Below are positions 1-14,613 of a DNA stretch of 64,000 bases, piece by piece. The notes beneath the pieces are model-generated. The model saw only the letters and a program-made list of their open reading frames with translations. It was not told the DNA's origin and did not search any database. Source of the DNA: the human T2T-CHM13v2.0 reference genome, Homo sapiens; NCBI RefSeq assembly GCF_009914755.1, contig NC_060947.1; one strand, 5' to 3'. Position numbers and translations under genes: made by a program. Numbering within the stretch: position 1 is the stretch's first letter; each line of letters starts with the position of its first letter.

Positions 1-660
1 TGGTAATCTCCTAACCTAAGGAAGCTCCTAGGATACACAGTGCTCAGCATCAAGTCACCCCTCAACATCAAGTCTTCTAGTCCTGCTCTGACATTTTACC
101 CAGTTGCAATAACTGGGCCTTTGGAATTCCTTGTGATTTATATACTTTAGTCAATTCCAGCAGTTCTGCCTCTGTCTTGATACTGTATCTCGCCTGAGTC
201 CCTGTCTTGGTTTCTTGGCCAGAACCCTGGCTCCTGTGGACTGCCTTGCTGCTGCTGTTACAGTCCTACCCCCAAACCTTGGATTAGGAATCCAGGCTCT
301 TAACCACAGTCCGGTGGTCTCAGCCGCAATCAGATTGTACTGACTGGGGACATGTCTATCTCCCCACCTAGACTTTGAACTCAAGAGCAAAGACCTTATT
401 TTATTCATCTTTTTTCTATAGAACAGAACACAATGTCCAGTATATAGAAAGACTAGAGGTGATTGGATGACTAGACTTCTGCCATATTTATTACATGCTG
501 CCATGCTTGCTTGAACCTGGTGTTGTGCCCACAAAACTACAACTTCTTCCTATTATCCATCTCTGGAATTCTCCCTGATCACCAGCTCTACCCCCCTGAG
601 ATTCCTTAAAGACTAGGGGACAAGTGTATTATTAGGTTTTGTTTCTAAAGTGCATAAATG

Positions 661-1023
<363 letters not shown>

Positions 1024-2050
1024 TCAATACCCCCTCCAAAGCTGTTAAGAAAAAAAAATGCTCTCTTTCTGAAGAAAAATTATAATAAGTTTCCTAAAGT
1101 CTCAAGTTGATAACTCTTTTCTCAACAGTGCAAGTTTGTCAAAAACTTCAAGACATCGCTTCTTACAATGCTTCTTTAACACAAGTGAAAAAAGGTCAAT
1201 TTTAAATTCAACTAGGGCTCAGTAACACATTAAGATTTTATATTTCATTTTAAGCTTATCTATCTAAAATAAGAGAGCAAACCAGTTTTCCTTCCCCCAA
1301 AAGATCAGAGTGTAAATAATTAAAAGAGGACCTGGTCAGGCAGATGGTGTGATGATGGTGTTCATGAGAGACAGGTCCATGTCAGCTGTCTTAGATGGGT
1401 CCATGTAGTAAATTCCCACATGATGAATGGGACCCCTCAGCCTGATACAATCTCCCCTTCTTTTTATGCTTTAGTACTCAAAATGTTCCCCTTAATTGAT
1501 GCTAGCAAGGAAAGATGGAATGGGGTACAGCCACCACCAACACTGCTAGATACCGACACTGCTAGATACTAAGTACAAGCACTTGTCTCCCGTGGGTCAC
1601 AGGATAAACATGCTTGTTTTAGGGAGGTTACCCCATCCATCTAACTTGTTGATTTACCTTTTATGAATACAACACAGAAACCATCAGACTGCTTGTGCTT
1701 TGACAGTGGAATAATATGTGAGAAGCAGCTTTGTAAGCACTCAGTTCAAATGTTGTTGCTGCTGTTGCTGCTATAATTGTGATAAACACTTTATGTTTTT
1801 CAACATCCACCCTTAAATGCATTCCTTTGAGCACTGCACCCTTTGCCTGCTATCTTCTTTTAGAAGGCAAATAGTCCTTGGAAGGGAAAGCTATTAAGCC
1901 CCATCAACTTGGGTAAGAATAAGTCTATCTGAAGTTTCCCTCACTGGGACACAGCTGGGGTGGTATGTAGAAGACAAAAGGGTACTAGAAAGGGTAGTGG
2001 ACATTTGTGTTTTGCCTCACGTCAGCACATTAAAGTAGCATGGACACCAG

Positions 2051-2546
<496 letters not shown>

Positions 2547-5459
2547 TTAAATCCACCATCAGGACAAAGCCATCTTAATTACTGGGAAAGGAAGTCAGAA
2601 TAGGTAGCCTATTGACTGTGAGGTCTACAAGGGCAGGGCTTGGATCATATTCATCTTTCTAAATCTAGTATACAGTGCTACATAGCTTTTGTACGTGCTG
2701 TTTATTCTCTGTGCCTGAAATTCCCTTTTTTGTACTCCCTGCCTGTTTTTTACATGATAAATTTTTATTGACCCTTAAAGCTACAGTTTAGGCATTCCTT
2801 GTCCCAGAAGCTCTCCTTGATACTTCTTTCTTCACTCACATGCAAGCCCAGCATAGTTCTCTCTGATAGGATTGTGACTCTCATTCTTCTTGCTTGAGAA
2901 CATATGGTAACTTAAGAGGGGCTTCAGATAGCTATAACCTCTGGAGTCTAAAAGGTCAAAGTCTGAGACTACAGATGGAAAGAATCCTCTTCTAGACCTT
3001 CATTTAGCCACCTGTCTAGAAGGATAAGCTCTACAGCTTTCCAGGTGTCCTGATGAGTCAATATGTCAACAAAAAGGAACATGAATGACTTTGGAAGGAA
3101 GCCCCTGCTTTCTGACTGACATAAAAAGTTACCTAGAATTGCAGCACCCTTTTGAACAGAGATGACCGATTAACCTTGCACTTTATTTGATCTGTGGTAT
3201 CTTCAATCCATTCTTTCTTTGGCTTCCCAAAGATTGGTTCCTTTGGGGAAACTGACACAGTGCAAAAACCAATAACTAAAACATGCCCAAATAGCCAAAT
3301 TCAGCGTTTGCGTCCGATAAAAATAATTATGTTGTCATGTGATTGGAAGACTATTTTGGCTTTACCTGACCTCCACCATCCACTTATTCCCCAGAGCCAA
3401 AGGGCTTTACTAAATGTATCACAGAAATGTCCATTTCTTCAACACAGAGAACAAGCAATATTTTGTGAATTCCAGACTAGACCAGATATTAGAGATTACA
3501 AACTAGGGCTTTCAGATTTCTGTGGACTTGAGCAGAGAATTCCAAGCCCCACTCTAAATCTGATTTCATCTACTCTGTTGTAACGATCAAGCATGCACAA
3601 CTCTGAAATATGGTTATTATGGTGTCAGGAGACGGGTAGTAACTTGATGAGTACCGTCAATCTAGTCTGTTTGGGCTCATTTTTTTCTGAAATCGCTTTT
3701 TGTTGTCATTTTTAAAAGAGCGAAAGAAACAAAGCACATGTGAATGGCTTTGCAAGTAATACGGCGGGCTACAAATTCAAAAAGCAAAAATAGAAAAGTT
3801 CTTAAGTACATTCTGGAAAGACTGTTTAGAGAGAGCCATTAGAGCTGCATACATTAGGAAAGTCCAATTTGAGAAAAAAACAGTGCCAGTAGTCTGTTTG
3901 GAGTTCAACTAGATTGAAATGCATCATGGAAGAAGACCACCAATGTGTGTGAGGAAGACTACCAAATCAAATTGAGGTCCACCTCTTTCACCAGGGAAAG
4001 TATTAAACAGCCATTTAATGAGATAGGCAAGTCTTTTGTTCAAGCACATCTAGTCCATTTCAAATACTCTAAGCTGCAATGATACTATCTCTGCTGCTTT
4101 GATTTGAAGTCTACTCATGTAAGACATCTTCTTTTACAAGCAACTAACAGAATAAACAAAAATCCCACCCCCAGTAAATGAATTAGGATATCCAAGCACT
4201 AGTAATCAAAGTTAGTAGGAAACACAGGATTGATCAATGAATTCTGAAACTTTCTGGTAAGGAACACCTTATAAGAAAATTAATTGTGGTAACAGAGTTC
4301 ACAAAGGGGGTTTCTTTTTATTCAACGAGAAATTTCTACCACCAAGAACTTTCCATCTGAAACAGCCATAGAAATTAGATAGACAGGTGGTCCCAGCCAG
4401 AGATGCTCTTTGAAATACATTTTCTACTTTTGGTCAGGTTCAGTGGAAAGTATTTTAAGCAATGGCGCTGTTGCTTACTTCCTTCCCTATCTTGGTAAAT
4501 GGAGGTTCACAGTCCTATTTTTCATTAGGATATGCTTGCTAACATGTGTTTATACATGCACCTTCCTGCTTATGAATTCAATAAGGCCTTATGTAGTCGA
4601 ACGCATTTTATAAAATCATGCAGGAAAAAAATCACCTCTTCCCCTTCCTCTATGGAAAGAAATAGCAAGTGTGTTTTTAAAAAACTGTTAACCAAACTGC
4701 CATTATTCTTAACAAATGCCAATCTTTGGTAAATTCAATGCAATCTATGTCATCTCTTGAAGGTTTCATTTCAAGGGATTTTAATTAAAAGGTCAAGAAC
4801 ACTAAAATACAACAAGACATGTATTAGCATATCTCAGTTAAACAAAGAACACTTAGAGATACATTTTGTCAAGGCTGTAAAGATTATTTATACCTCAGGC
4901 ACTCAAATGAACTTCACTAATAGGTCTCTTAAGCTTTTGTTTTTTATGTGTTGTCTCCATGAAGTCTGCATTCTAAGTTTAATTGCACATGAATGAACTA
5001 ACCATCTAGTGGTGTGTGTGTGTGCACATGCACATGTGTATGTGTTTAAAGATAGTGAGAAAATGCAACTGAGAAACAGAAATGGGCCTGGGGAAGAAAA
5101 AAACAAAACCTTACTGCCCTCTTCATTTCTGTTCGCCATTCCCAAGACACTTAATTATAAACTCTAACAGTCTTAATCATAAATTCCAAGCCTTATAACT
5201 CCTTCCCCAACATCAGAGTCAATACAAACAGAACATGCAGATGAATAATTAACTTTTTTGAAGGTCTGGATACAAGCATCATTTCATGGGATCATGTACT
5301 CTAATCTTAAACATGGTACATAAAATGAGCACAGTATTAAATGCAAAAGCCCTCTATCATGAGAGAAAAGTCAAGGCACTGTAGTTTGTATGCACATTCA
5401 CATATACTCCCCCATCAGTTCATAAAAAATAATAGCATTTTAGGAGGAGACATTATATT

Positions 5460-5490
<31 letters not shown>
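5460..5490. repeat. (CAA)n microsatellite
   Basis: About 10 AAC units. Confidence 0.95.
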
Positions 5491-6027
5491 TATTAAGAGC
5501 CAACTCTGTGACTCAGTCCAGCCTGCAAACTGTTTTGTATAAACTGTGTGGTTCTCAAGACTGTGCTTAATATTTTTGCCCCATGGGAAAACTCATAATG
5601 ATGATCACCTGCCTGCAGATTTGCAAAACTGTTTCATAGCCATATACATATATTCTCTTGTCCATCACTCCTCCTCTTCCTGATTCCACAGGAAGGCTGA
5701 ATGTCAACGACCCTTGTCCTACCCTCCGTATCTCACAGGGCTAGTTAGAAGTGAATAACACATATAAAACTGTTCTGAGAACTTCCCCCTAAATGATGCT
5801 AGAATAACATTTTATCAATATAAACAATCTATACATCACACACTAGTGACTGATCATTCCAAAGTCTTCCCAGTATTCCCATCTAATGAGAATTCCTGCC
5901 CAGAAAATAGGGACTGTGTCCAGCTCCAGATATAAAAATATCTGTCTACATCAGCAGAGAGAATGAGAGAATGAGTAAAAGACTTGGAGATGTGTAAAAA
6001 AATGCAAGGTTACAGTGGAAGGTATTC

Positions 6028-6335
6028 TTTTTTTTTTTTTTTTTTTTTTTGAGACAGAGTTTCACTCTTGTTGCCCATGCTGGAGAACAATGGTGTGATC
6101 TCGGCTCACTGCAACCTCCTCCTCCCAGGTCCTGGTTCAAGCAGTTCTCCTGCCTCAGCCTCCTGAGTAGCTGGGATTACAGGCATGTGCCACCACACCC
6201 AGCTAATTTTTGTATTTTTAGTAGAGACGGGGTTTCACCATGTTGGTCAGGGTGGTCTTGAACTCCTGACCTCGTGATCCGCCCACCCTGGCCTCCCAAA
6301 GTGCTGGGATTACAGGCGTGAGCCAGTGCGCCCGG
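6028..6335 (-). mobile_element. Alu SINE (AluS-like)
   Basis: Poly-T then reverse Alu; TSD acagtggaag(g/a)tattct at 6012-6028 and 6338-6354. Confidence 0.97.
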
Positions 6336-6488
6336 TAACAGTGGAAGATATTCTAAAAGTAAAATGTGACACTAATAGGATTAAGCCAAAACAAAAATAC
6401 TGGATTAAGTTAATAACTAAAGTAGATACAACTTGTTTTAATTCCATAACCAGGAATTTAGACCAACTAACATTTCCAAGTTCCCTAC

Positions 6489-6644
6489 CATGGTCCAAAA
6501 CTGTCCTATTCCAGGCTTATAGATCATCTGAAAAGGCAAGACTGGTTCATGGCCATTGCAAAGGATTCGGACTCTTTGAGGCCTGTAATAGCCATTGCTC
6601 TCTGCATTCTTCAGTTTGACTACTTGGATTGGGTTTAAATGCAC
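6489..6644 (-). other. Candidate internal exon, 156 nt, phase 0-0, open reading frame (unverified)
   Basis: Acceptor ccattcctttcag|G and donor ATG|gtaggg; 52 open codons VHLNPIQVVKLKNAES...GIGQFWTM; peptide not recognised. Confidence 0.3.
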
Positions 6645-7090
6645 CTGAAAGGAATGGCACCCTGTTCTTCCAAGACATAGTCAAAGGGGAAAAATTCTTG
6701 ATGGTTCCATCTGTCTCAAATGAAAAATAGGTCTGATTCAGGAAGACCGGAGTGATCTGAGTTTACACTTAGATCTGGAGATAACCCTTACAACAAAATC
6801 CAAAAGTCAACCTCAAATAGTGTCCAGCATTTATTGAACTTCATTTAGGCTATTTCTACCAGAGTTATCATTTACCCTATATTACTGTGCAAAAACAACT
6901 TTTCTCAAATTTCAGGTATGATTTTCATAACTGCAGGGTTCTATTTCAGTGTAGAAGCCACTAATAGCTGCTAAGTATATTCTACTTATGTAGTAAAATT
7001 AGCCCAGCACTCTGAATTTTTAAAATTATTATTATTTATGTGACTTTGGAAAATATGAAAAAAATGACCCATTCAATGTCTGAGATAAAT

Positions 7091-7091
<1 letters not shown>

Positions 7092-7128
<37 letters not shown>

Positions 7129-7131
7129 ACA
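7092..7131. repeat. (CA)n microsatellite
   Basis: CA dinucleotide run. Confidence 0.95.
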
Positions 7132-7369
7132 AATAATTACCCCCCCCTTTTTTAATGGACAAACAAATCAAATCCAGAAGATTGAAATGGAAGTGGCTCC
7201 ACTATTTCTGGTGTTTTCACAAATATTTCCTCAAAATATATCTCTCAAACTTGCTTTGTTTTGGAAACTACCCTCTTTTGAAAGAACAGGAGAAGAATCT
7301 TTCACATTTTATGATCCCCTTTAGAGGCAACAAAGCAACAGCCAAGACCTGAGTTGATAGATGAGCCAA

Positions 7370-7500
7370 TGCGCTAACCTGGCTGCAAATCGGAATGGCC
7401 TGGGGAGCTTGTTAAGGAAGAGGCGGGGATCGAGCCCCATTCCAGATGTGCTGAATCAGAATCTCCAAAGGCAGGACCCAAGGAATCTGTATCTTTAACC
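7370..7500 (+). mobile_element. MER5-family hAT-Charlie MITE fragment
   Basis: ggctgca...gaat..cctggggagcttgttaa...ctgaatcagaatctcc...ggaatctgtat.tttaac motifs. Confidence 0.65.
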
Positions 7501-8664
7501 GTTTCAAGACATCTATACTAACTCATCCCATCCTAGGGTATCATCTCTGCTCTCTTCGGAAGATTCCTCAATCTCTCCCCAGCCCTGACCTTTTTTTTTT
7601 GAGCTCCAGACAAGCCCATAGGGTGTCTCAGAAGCATCTCAAATATACCAAGGCCAAAACACTAAATTCATCTCTTTTACTCTCCAACCTGTTCCTTCTT
7701 TAAGTCTAAATTTCAAGTTGTTTTTCTTAACATAATATTTCAAAAAGAGGCACGTCAAGATCCCTTGCATTTCCACAAACTAGAATTCTAACATCCCTAC
7801 CTTATGCCTCTTCTTTTAAAAATAATTTCTAAAAATTGACCCAAAAATATGTTATAAAACTTTACCACTCTGCATTTGCCATTTTTCTTCACACTACATA
7901 TTTTTTTTATAAGTAATGAATCCTAGGTGGTGGTGGTGGTGATGGAGGTTAAAAAAAATAGTAAAAATAAATAAAAGTAATGAGCCCTAGCAAATATCTG
8001 CTCTATTCACAAAAATCTAATAGGTATACTATATTATATCTGTGCAGAGATGGAATATTACCATTAGATACTATATGGTATCCATTTAAAATAGGTCCTG
8101 ATTAAAGTATCACTGGTGCCATCAGAGGAAAATTCCACCAACAGTTTTTCAGAGAAACTTCTTATTCACCAGGTTACACAGACGCAGGCATATCTGGGTC
8201 AAAATTCGTCCTTGAGTTGTGTTGAGTATATGAGAACAGAAGTGAAGTAGTAGACTTTGTTTAATTATCTGATTATTTTGTCTTGCAAATAAAAAAGAAA
8301 TATATAAAGTGGGCAAAAATCAAACAGAAAGTTATGGCAATGCCACAAACTGGACTATCTACAGGGATTTACACCAGCCCACTCCCCACCCCTCTAATTA
8401 TCCTCCTCTCCATCTCACACTAGGTAGAAAACAAAGGTTGTGTCCTGGAACTCCCTCTTCCAGAATGTCTCAGAAAAGGAATTGAACCAGTAAAAGGGAG
8501 CAGGGGCAGCCTAGGACTGGGGGACAGTGGAATATGAGGTCAAGTTCTATGCCAAAGTTAGAGCTGAATGGAAGGGAGCTTACCTTTGAATGTGGTCATC
8601 AGTGAATGCTGCCTCCTATGCCTTACCATACACAATTCCCTATACTGAATTACAACATGACAAT

Positions 8665-8910
8665 GGTGATACAGTTGAAAAAAGCCCAAGTTTGGAATCA
8701 GCTAGACTTAGGTTAGAATCTCAGCTTTGCTAATTAACGTGTATGACTTTGACCAAGTTCCTTAACCTTTCTAAGATTCAGTGTTTTCCTTTATAAAGAG
8801 GATATGAATAGTATTAACAGTACCTACCTCCTAAGGTTGTTGAGATGAGTTAATGAGGAATCACATATAAAGTATATGGCACATAGCAGGCCCTGTATAA
8901 ATGCTAGCTA
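8665..8910 (+). mobile_element. MIR SINE
   Basis: MIR core (tgactttgaccaagttccttaacctttctaagattcagt...aacagtacctacctc...ggttgttgag). Confidence 0.8.
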
Positions 8911-8997
8911 TTATCCTTATCATCCTTATCATCATCATCGTCAAGTACCTTAAAGAATCACTTTATATTTCCATTTAAAAACTGTATTGTTTAAAAG

Positions 8998-9078
8998 TAT
9001 TTGATCGAACCATAACAAATAGCCATTTTCACTGATGAAAAAAGGAAAATTAACAATTTTATGTGGTGCAACCTAACA
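8998..9078. mobile_element. MADE2-like mariner MITE
   Basis: About 80-bp imperfect palindrome: gaaccataacaaatagcc...aattttatgtggtgcaacctaa. Confidence 0.6.
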
Positions 9079-9652
9079 TTTTAAGAAGTATATCCCAGGG
9101 AAAGAGTACACTATATTTAGTAGCCAGTTATATGTGGAAAATACAAAACCTGATCCTCTGGAATTAAGGAAAGTAAATTACTTCATGCCATTGAAGAGCA
9201 ATTATCTGGCACTTAGTACAACTTAGCAAAATACCTGTGGTGCTCTATGCTATATGAAACAAGAGCAGAATGTACAAGGTTTTCTACCTTGTTTTCATTG
9301 TTACTGTTGTGGTTAAACCAAGACCCATAATAATGTTATTTCCCTCTCTGCTTTTGCAATAAGACACAGACAGAAAAGAGACACAGAGACTATTGTCAGA
9401 TGTAACTGGAAGTGATAAGATCACAAAAAACTTAAAATTTTATCTCTAAATTAGAATTCTTTGGGCCTATCTTGGGAGTGAAGATAAAGTCAAGGTAACA
9501 GAACAGTGACCAAAGCAGAACACTCTTCATTTGATGTGTTACTCTAAGTAAGTCTTCAAATTAAGTTAGAAAGTTGTATGCTGTACAAGCCTGAAGAAAA
9601 AACTGGTCTTGATTTAGCATCCTGATCTATGCTTTTGTTTATACCTCAGTAA

Positions 9653-10058
<406 letters not shown>

Positions 10059-10165
10059 AAGATCGCCTATTTTAAAGGAATTCTGAGGGTTCACTTACAG
10101 CAAAGAAAGGATAAACGAGTGAAAAAAAGCATCCTACTGCATGTTCTCAGATCATCAAGACCAGG

Positions 10166-10580
10166 TGATAGAGTTTGGATATTTATCCCCTCCACATCTC
10201 ATGTTGAAATTGGATCCCCAGTGTTAGAGGTGGGGCCTGGTGGGAGGTGTTTGAGTCATGGGGGGTAGATCTCTCATGAATGGCTTGATCCCATCCTCAC
10301 AGTAATGAGTGAGTTCTCACTCTATTAGTTTTTGAGAGAGCTGATTGTTGAAAAGAGTCTGGCACCACCCTCTCTCTTCTCTTCCTTCCCCTCTGACCAT
10401 ATGATGCCTGTTCTCCTTCACCTTCCACCAGTGGAAGCTTCCTGAGGTCCTCACCAGAAGCAGATGCTGGCACCATGTTTCTTGTATAACCTGCAGAACT
10501 ATAAGCCAAACAAATGTCTTTTCTTTATAAATTACTCAGTCTCAGGTATTCCTTTATAGTAACACAAATGGACTAAGACA
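10166..10580 (+). mobile_element. MST-family (ERVL-MaLR) solo LTR
   Basis: TG...CA ends, ctcatgttgaaat...ggtggggcctggtgggaggtg motif, perfect 5-bp TSD ccagg. Confidence 0.9.
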
Positions 10581-10919
10581 CCAGGGGGAACAAAATGGTA
10601 TGAACCTGACACAGCTGCCTGAATCACAGGCATAAGACAAAGAAAGAAATATGAGTCTCTAGAGGGTGAGTTTGCCAAACCAGGCAAATGCTGTTAAGTG
10701 CTCTTGTACAGGTAACTCTTTCTAGACTAGAAAAGGCTGGCAAAGGGAAAAGTACAGTGAATAAGTATCACTGTATACACACCAAAATAAGCAGCACTGA
10801 CATGCATTGAGCACTTATTATGTGGCCAGGCACTGTGCTCAAGAGATGTACAAATCTGCAAAAAAATAATATCAAGTGGTAAAGCTAATTTCCCTTCATT
10901 CTCTACTGCCGTGATCCCC

Positions 10920-11096
10920 AAAGAGTAGTCTCTGGGTCAGCAGCATCAGCATCACCTGGGAGCCTGTTAGAAATGTACATTGCTTGGCCTCAGCCTAGAC
11001 CTACCAAATCAGAAAATATGGGGTAAGGCCTAGAAATCTGTGTTTTACCAAGCCCTCCAGAGGATTTGGAAGGAAGATCAAGTTGAAGAACCACTG
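10920..11096 (+). mobile_element. MER5A hAT-Charlie MITE
   Basis: cagcagcatcagcatcacctgggag...gttagaaatg...aagccctccag...gaaccactg end. Confidence 0.8.
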
Positions 11097-11684
11097 TTCC
11101 AGTGCACTGTCATCTCCAGCTTCCCTGCCTCCCATGCATTTCTGCTGGACCAAAGCAACATCAGAATAAACATAAGACAACGCTGTTAACAATACTGGCC
11201 AAATGCCAAAGGCTAAGGCACTACAGTGACATCACCATGACTTGGGTACACTATTACGAAGCAATCATGACAGGACCCTGAGAATAGGAAGAAGACCAGG
11301 TCCACATAAAAGCAAACATTAAACATACACCCAGGCCCACAGGGTTGTTCCCTACAAAAAAGGCAAAGAACTTAATGAAAACCATGCCCTTGAGACAAAG
11401 GGAAATTTAACACACTCTGACTTTCCTTTCCTTCTTAGTCTCAAATGACAGTTTGATTTTTTCAAAGAACTCCATATGTCTTGGGGAAATAAAATGGGGG
11501 GTTATCCCATCCCAAAATACAACTCAAAGCTTAGAATGCTTTCTAAATAGAAAAACTATTCAACAGACTTTGAGATATAAAGAAATTCAATATAAGAACA
11601 CTGAGCTCAGTGGGGAAATATGCCTGGTCCTTATATGCTATAATATCAGGAAGTAGAAGACCCAGAATTATTCACATTTTGAAG

Positions 11685-11855
11685 CAGTATGGTGTCATGG
11701 AAAAAGTCTGGAGCTTTGGAGCCAGACAAATCTGCATTCCAATTCCACTTCTACCACTTACTAGCTGTGAGACTATGAGCAAGATACCACATCTTCATGA
11801 GATTTTTGTGAGAATTAAATGAGATAATGTATTTAAAGTGCCCAGGACATGAGTA
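11685..11855 (+). mobile_element. MIR SINE
   Basis: ctttggagccagac...ccacttactagctgtga...gagaattaaatgagataatg. Confidence 0.75.
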
Positions 11856-13718
11856 TTTAAAAAAAAAAACAGAAAACAAACAAATACCTGTTCTAACTTT
11901 GAAAATGTATAATCCCACCACCTACAGTTTCTTGTACATCTTCCCCCACAAACAATGCATAATGCACAAAATGAAATTTCACACATAATAAAAAGACAGT
12001 TTTGGCTTTAGGTATTCTCAAATACAAGGACAAGACACATATATAGACATAGGCATGTTCCAAATGCATTAGAAAAGTTGTTTTTAACCCATCTTTCAAG
12101 TTATTCTCTTTTTCCTATTCATATCCTTGTTATAAGATCAACGGTGTGGAAAAGAGACAGACAATGGAGAAAAACTGTTAAGCATATGTGAATAAGGAGA
12201 AGAAGTGAACCAAAATAAGGGCCAAATGGTAAAACATCAACTATACGAAGTGTGCAAGAGGAATATGAGGAGTGCAGAAAGAAATGACTCAGGGAAAAAA
12301 ATAATTGACCAATCCACAGCTATATTTATGCAATTTTGTATGCCTCCTTTCTAGGAAGTTCACTTACAATGAAGTTAGTTATGTTGGTATTCCTTTTAAA
12401 TCATTTGTTAAAATTCATAACTTGTTAAGCCAAATGTCTAGTTTGCCTAGACATCCAGGTTTATTTGGAGAGGAGGGGAAAAGTATCAGGGTGATCAATT
12501 CACTATAAGGACCCACTAGGAAGAAGAAAAGCAGGGAGGACAGTGAGAAAGAGCTAGAGATACTTCCACCTCTCATCCTTCCCAGCCTCCTAGTTGATCC
12601 TTGTTGCAGCTTCCCAGACTCCTAGTTGATCCTTGTAATCCAATTTCCAGTCTCTGGTAAAACAACCACCAACAGTGTTACTGTTGGCCACAGAACATCC
12701 TCCTACTCAGAGTCATTAGACAAATGAAAGGAAGAACTCACATTGGCCTGCAGAATCAATGGCGGCATCCAGCAATGCTATTCAGTCAACAAATGATTAT
12801 TGAGCTATACATAAAAGGGGAGTGAGATATTGACCTCAACATTAAGGGCCCTGTATCAGTCACATCCATATTTCCATTAGGATCTGACAGTATTTTTATT
12901 CTGCGAGTCCTTGTTTCCCTGTGTCCTAAAACTCATCTGTATGTTTTCTCTGTCATCTCTACTACTGGTAATAAAGTTTCTAACAACAAAGTGTGTTTTC
13001 AGAACCCATCCTTTTCATTAATGAGGGAATCATCATGCTGCCTGTCTATCACCAGGGCAAGCAAACCTAGTGTGTGAACAGAGATGAAAGAAGACACACA
13101 GGATAATAAAAATATGAGACAGTGAGCATTATATTTATAAACTTAATACCAGTTTCCGGCCCATTTTATTTCAGGTACATTCTGTTCAGTTTCAAAACAA
13201 AAGTCAGTCACAGCTGAGAGTTTTACTCATTCTCATCTCTCACCCAGAAGTACAAGCTCAAGTTCATTATCGAAGGAGAAACTGTACTCCATTGTCTAAC
13301 CTTGTTGGTTAGCAGATGACCACTTAAGTATGGCTAGTCTGAAAAGTCTGCCTTGAAATCAATTAAGGATTCACTGGTTTTGAATTTTAAAAGGAAAAAT
13401 ATTTTTGAATCCAGATTATCTGAATCTTTCTATAATATCTAATTGGCTTGGGTTTTGTGAATTCGTCATCCTTCCTAAATTACAGAAAAGTGGGGGAAAG
13501 ACCAAAAATGAGTTAACAGTGGGAGTTCTGCAAGTATCAGTGTAGCTGCTTAATTGTGAAGCACTGATTTGGAGGGAAGAGGAGCCTGGGATTCTGACAT
13601 CTGAAATGTTTCATGTCTAAAAGTTATTCATTGGACAGTGAGGAAAAACTACAAAAACGAAGTGAGTCCACGCTATATGTACTTCCATCTTGGTAGAGAA
13701 GTGAGGCACGGGAAGTAG

Positions 13719-13992
<274 letters not shown>

Positions 13993-14135
13993 GAAAGAGG
14001 CCTGGCCTAGAAGATAGAAGACCTAAATCAGAACCAGGCATTACTGGTTCAGTCTCCGTTTCCTCTTTCAAAGGAGGGAACACTAGATGCTTTCTGAAGC
14101 CTCTTCCACCTTAGCATCCTAATCGTCTGTGTGAA

Positions 14136-14276
14136 TAGGGTGACCATACATCCTGATTAGCCTGCTACAGGCTTGGTTTATACCTTGCAGAGCAACTAAC
14201 CTGTTAGTTATTTTTAGCACTTCCTTTCACTCTCAAAAGTATCCTTGTTTGGACAATAATTTATATTGTCACTCTA
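14136..14276 (-). mobile_element. MER94-like hAT-Blackjack MITE
   Basis: TIRs tagggtgaccata / tattgtcactcta; internal ctttcactctcaaaagt..cc..gtttggac. Confidence 0.7.
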
Positions 14277-14532
14277 TCTGTGAGTCACTTCTAAATGTAA
14301 GTTTTGTACTTTGGTATACAGCTCTAGTTAATTACATCTCTCTAGCTAACGTACTTAAAATTACAGAGCTTCATTCCTTAAGGAAGGAAGAAAAGGAGGA
14401 GGGAAGGTGGGAGGAAGGAGCTGTACAAACAGTGAAATAAGAAACAAGGTTGAGTAGGGGAGCACATAGTTGAGATTCAACTGTTTGACTAAAGAGATAT
14501 AAGGACTGTCCCAACTGAAATTGGTGGGGGCT

Positions 14533-14613
14533 GTTTTTTGTTTTTTTGTTTTGTTTTGTTTTTTGTTTTTCGGTTTTTGGTTTTTGGGTTTTTTGCTTGT
14601 TTTCTGTTTGTTT
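14533..14613. repeat. (GTTTT)n-like low-complexity tract
   Basis: Degenerate T-rich repeat. Confidence 0.8.

Noticed and set aside
3175-3251. Possible minus-strand exon (SPKEPIFGKPKKEWIEDTTDQIKCK)
   Set aside because: Weak donor (gttaat), phase incompatible with the 156-nt candidate, and the peptide is not recognised.
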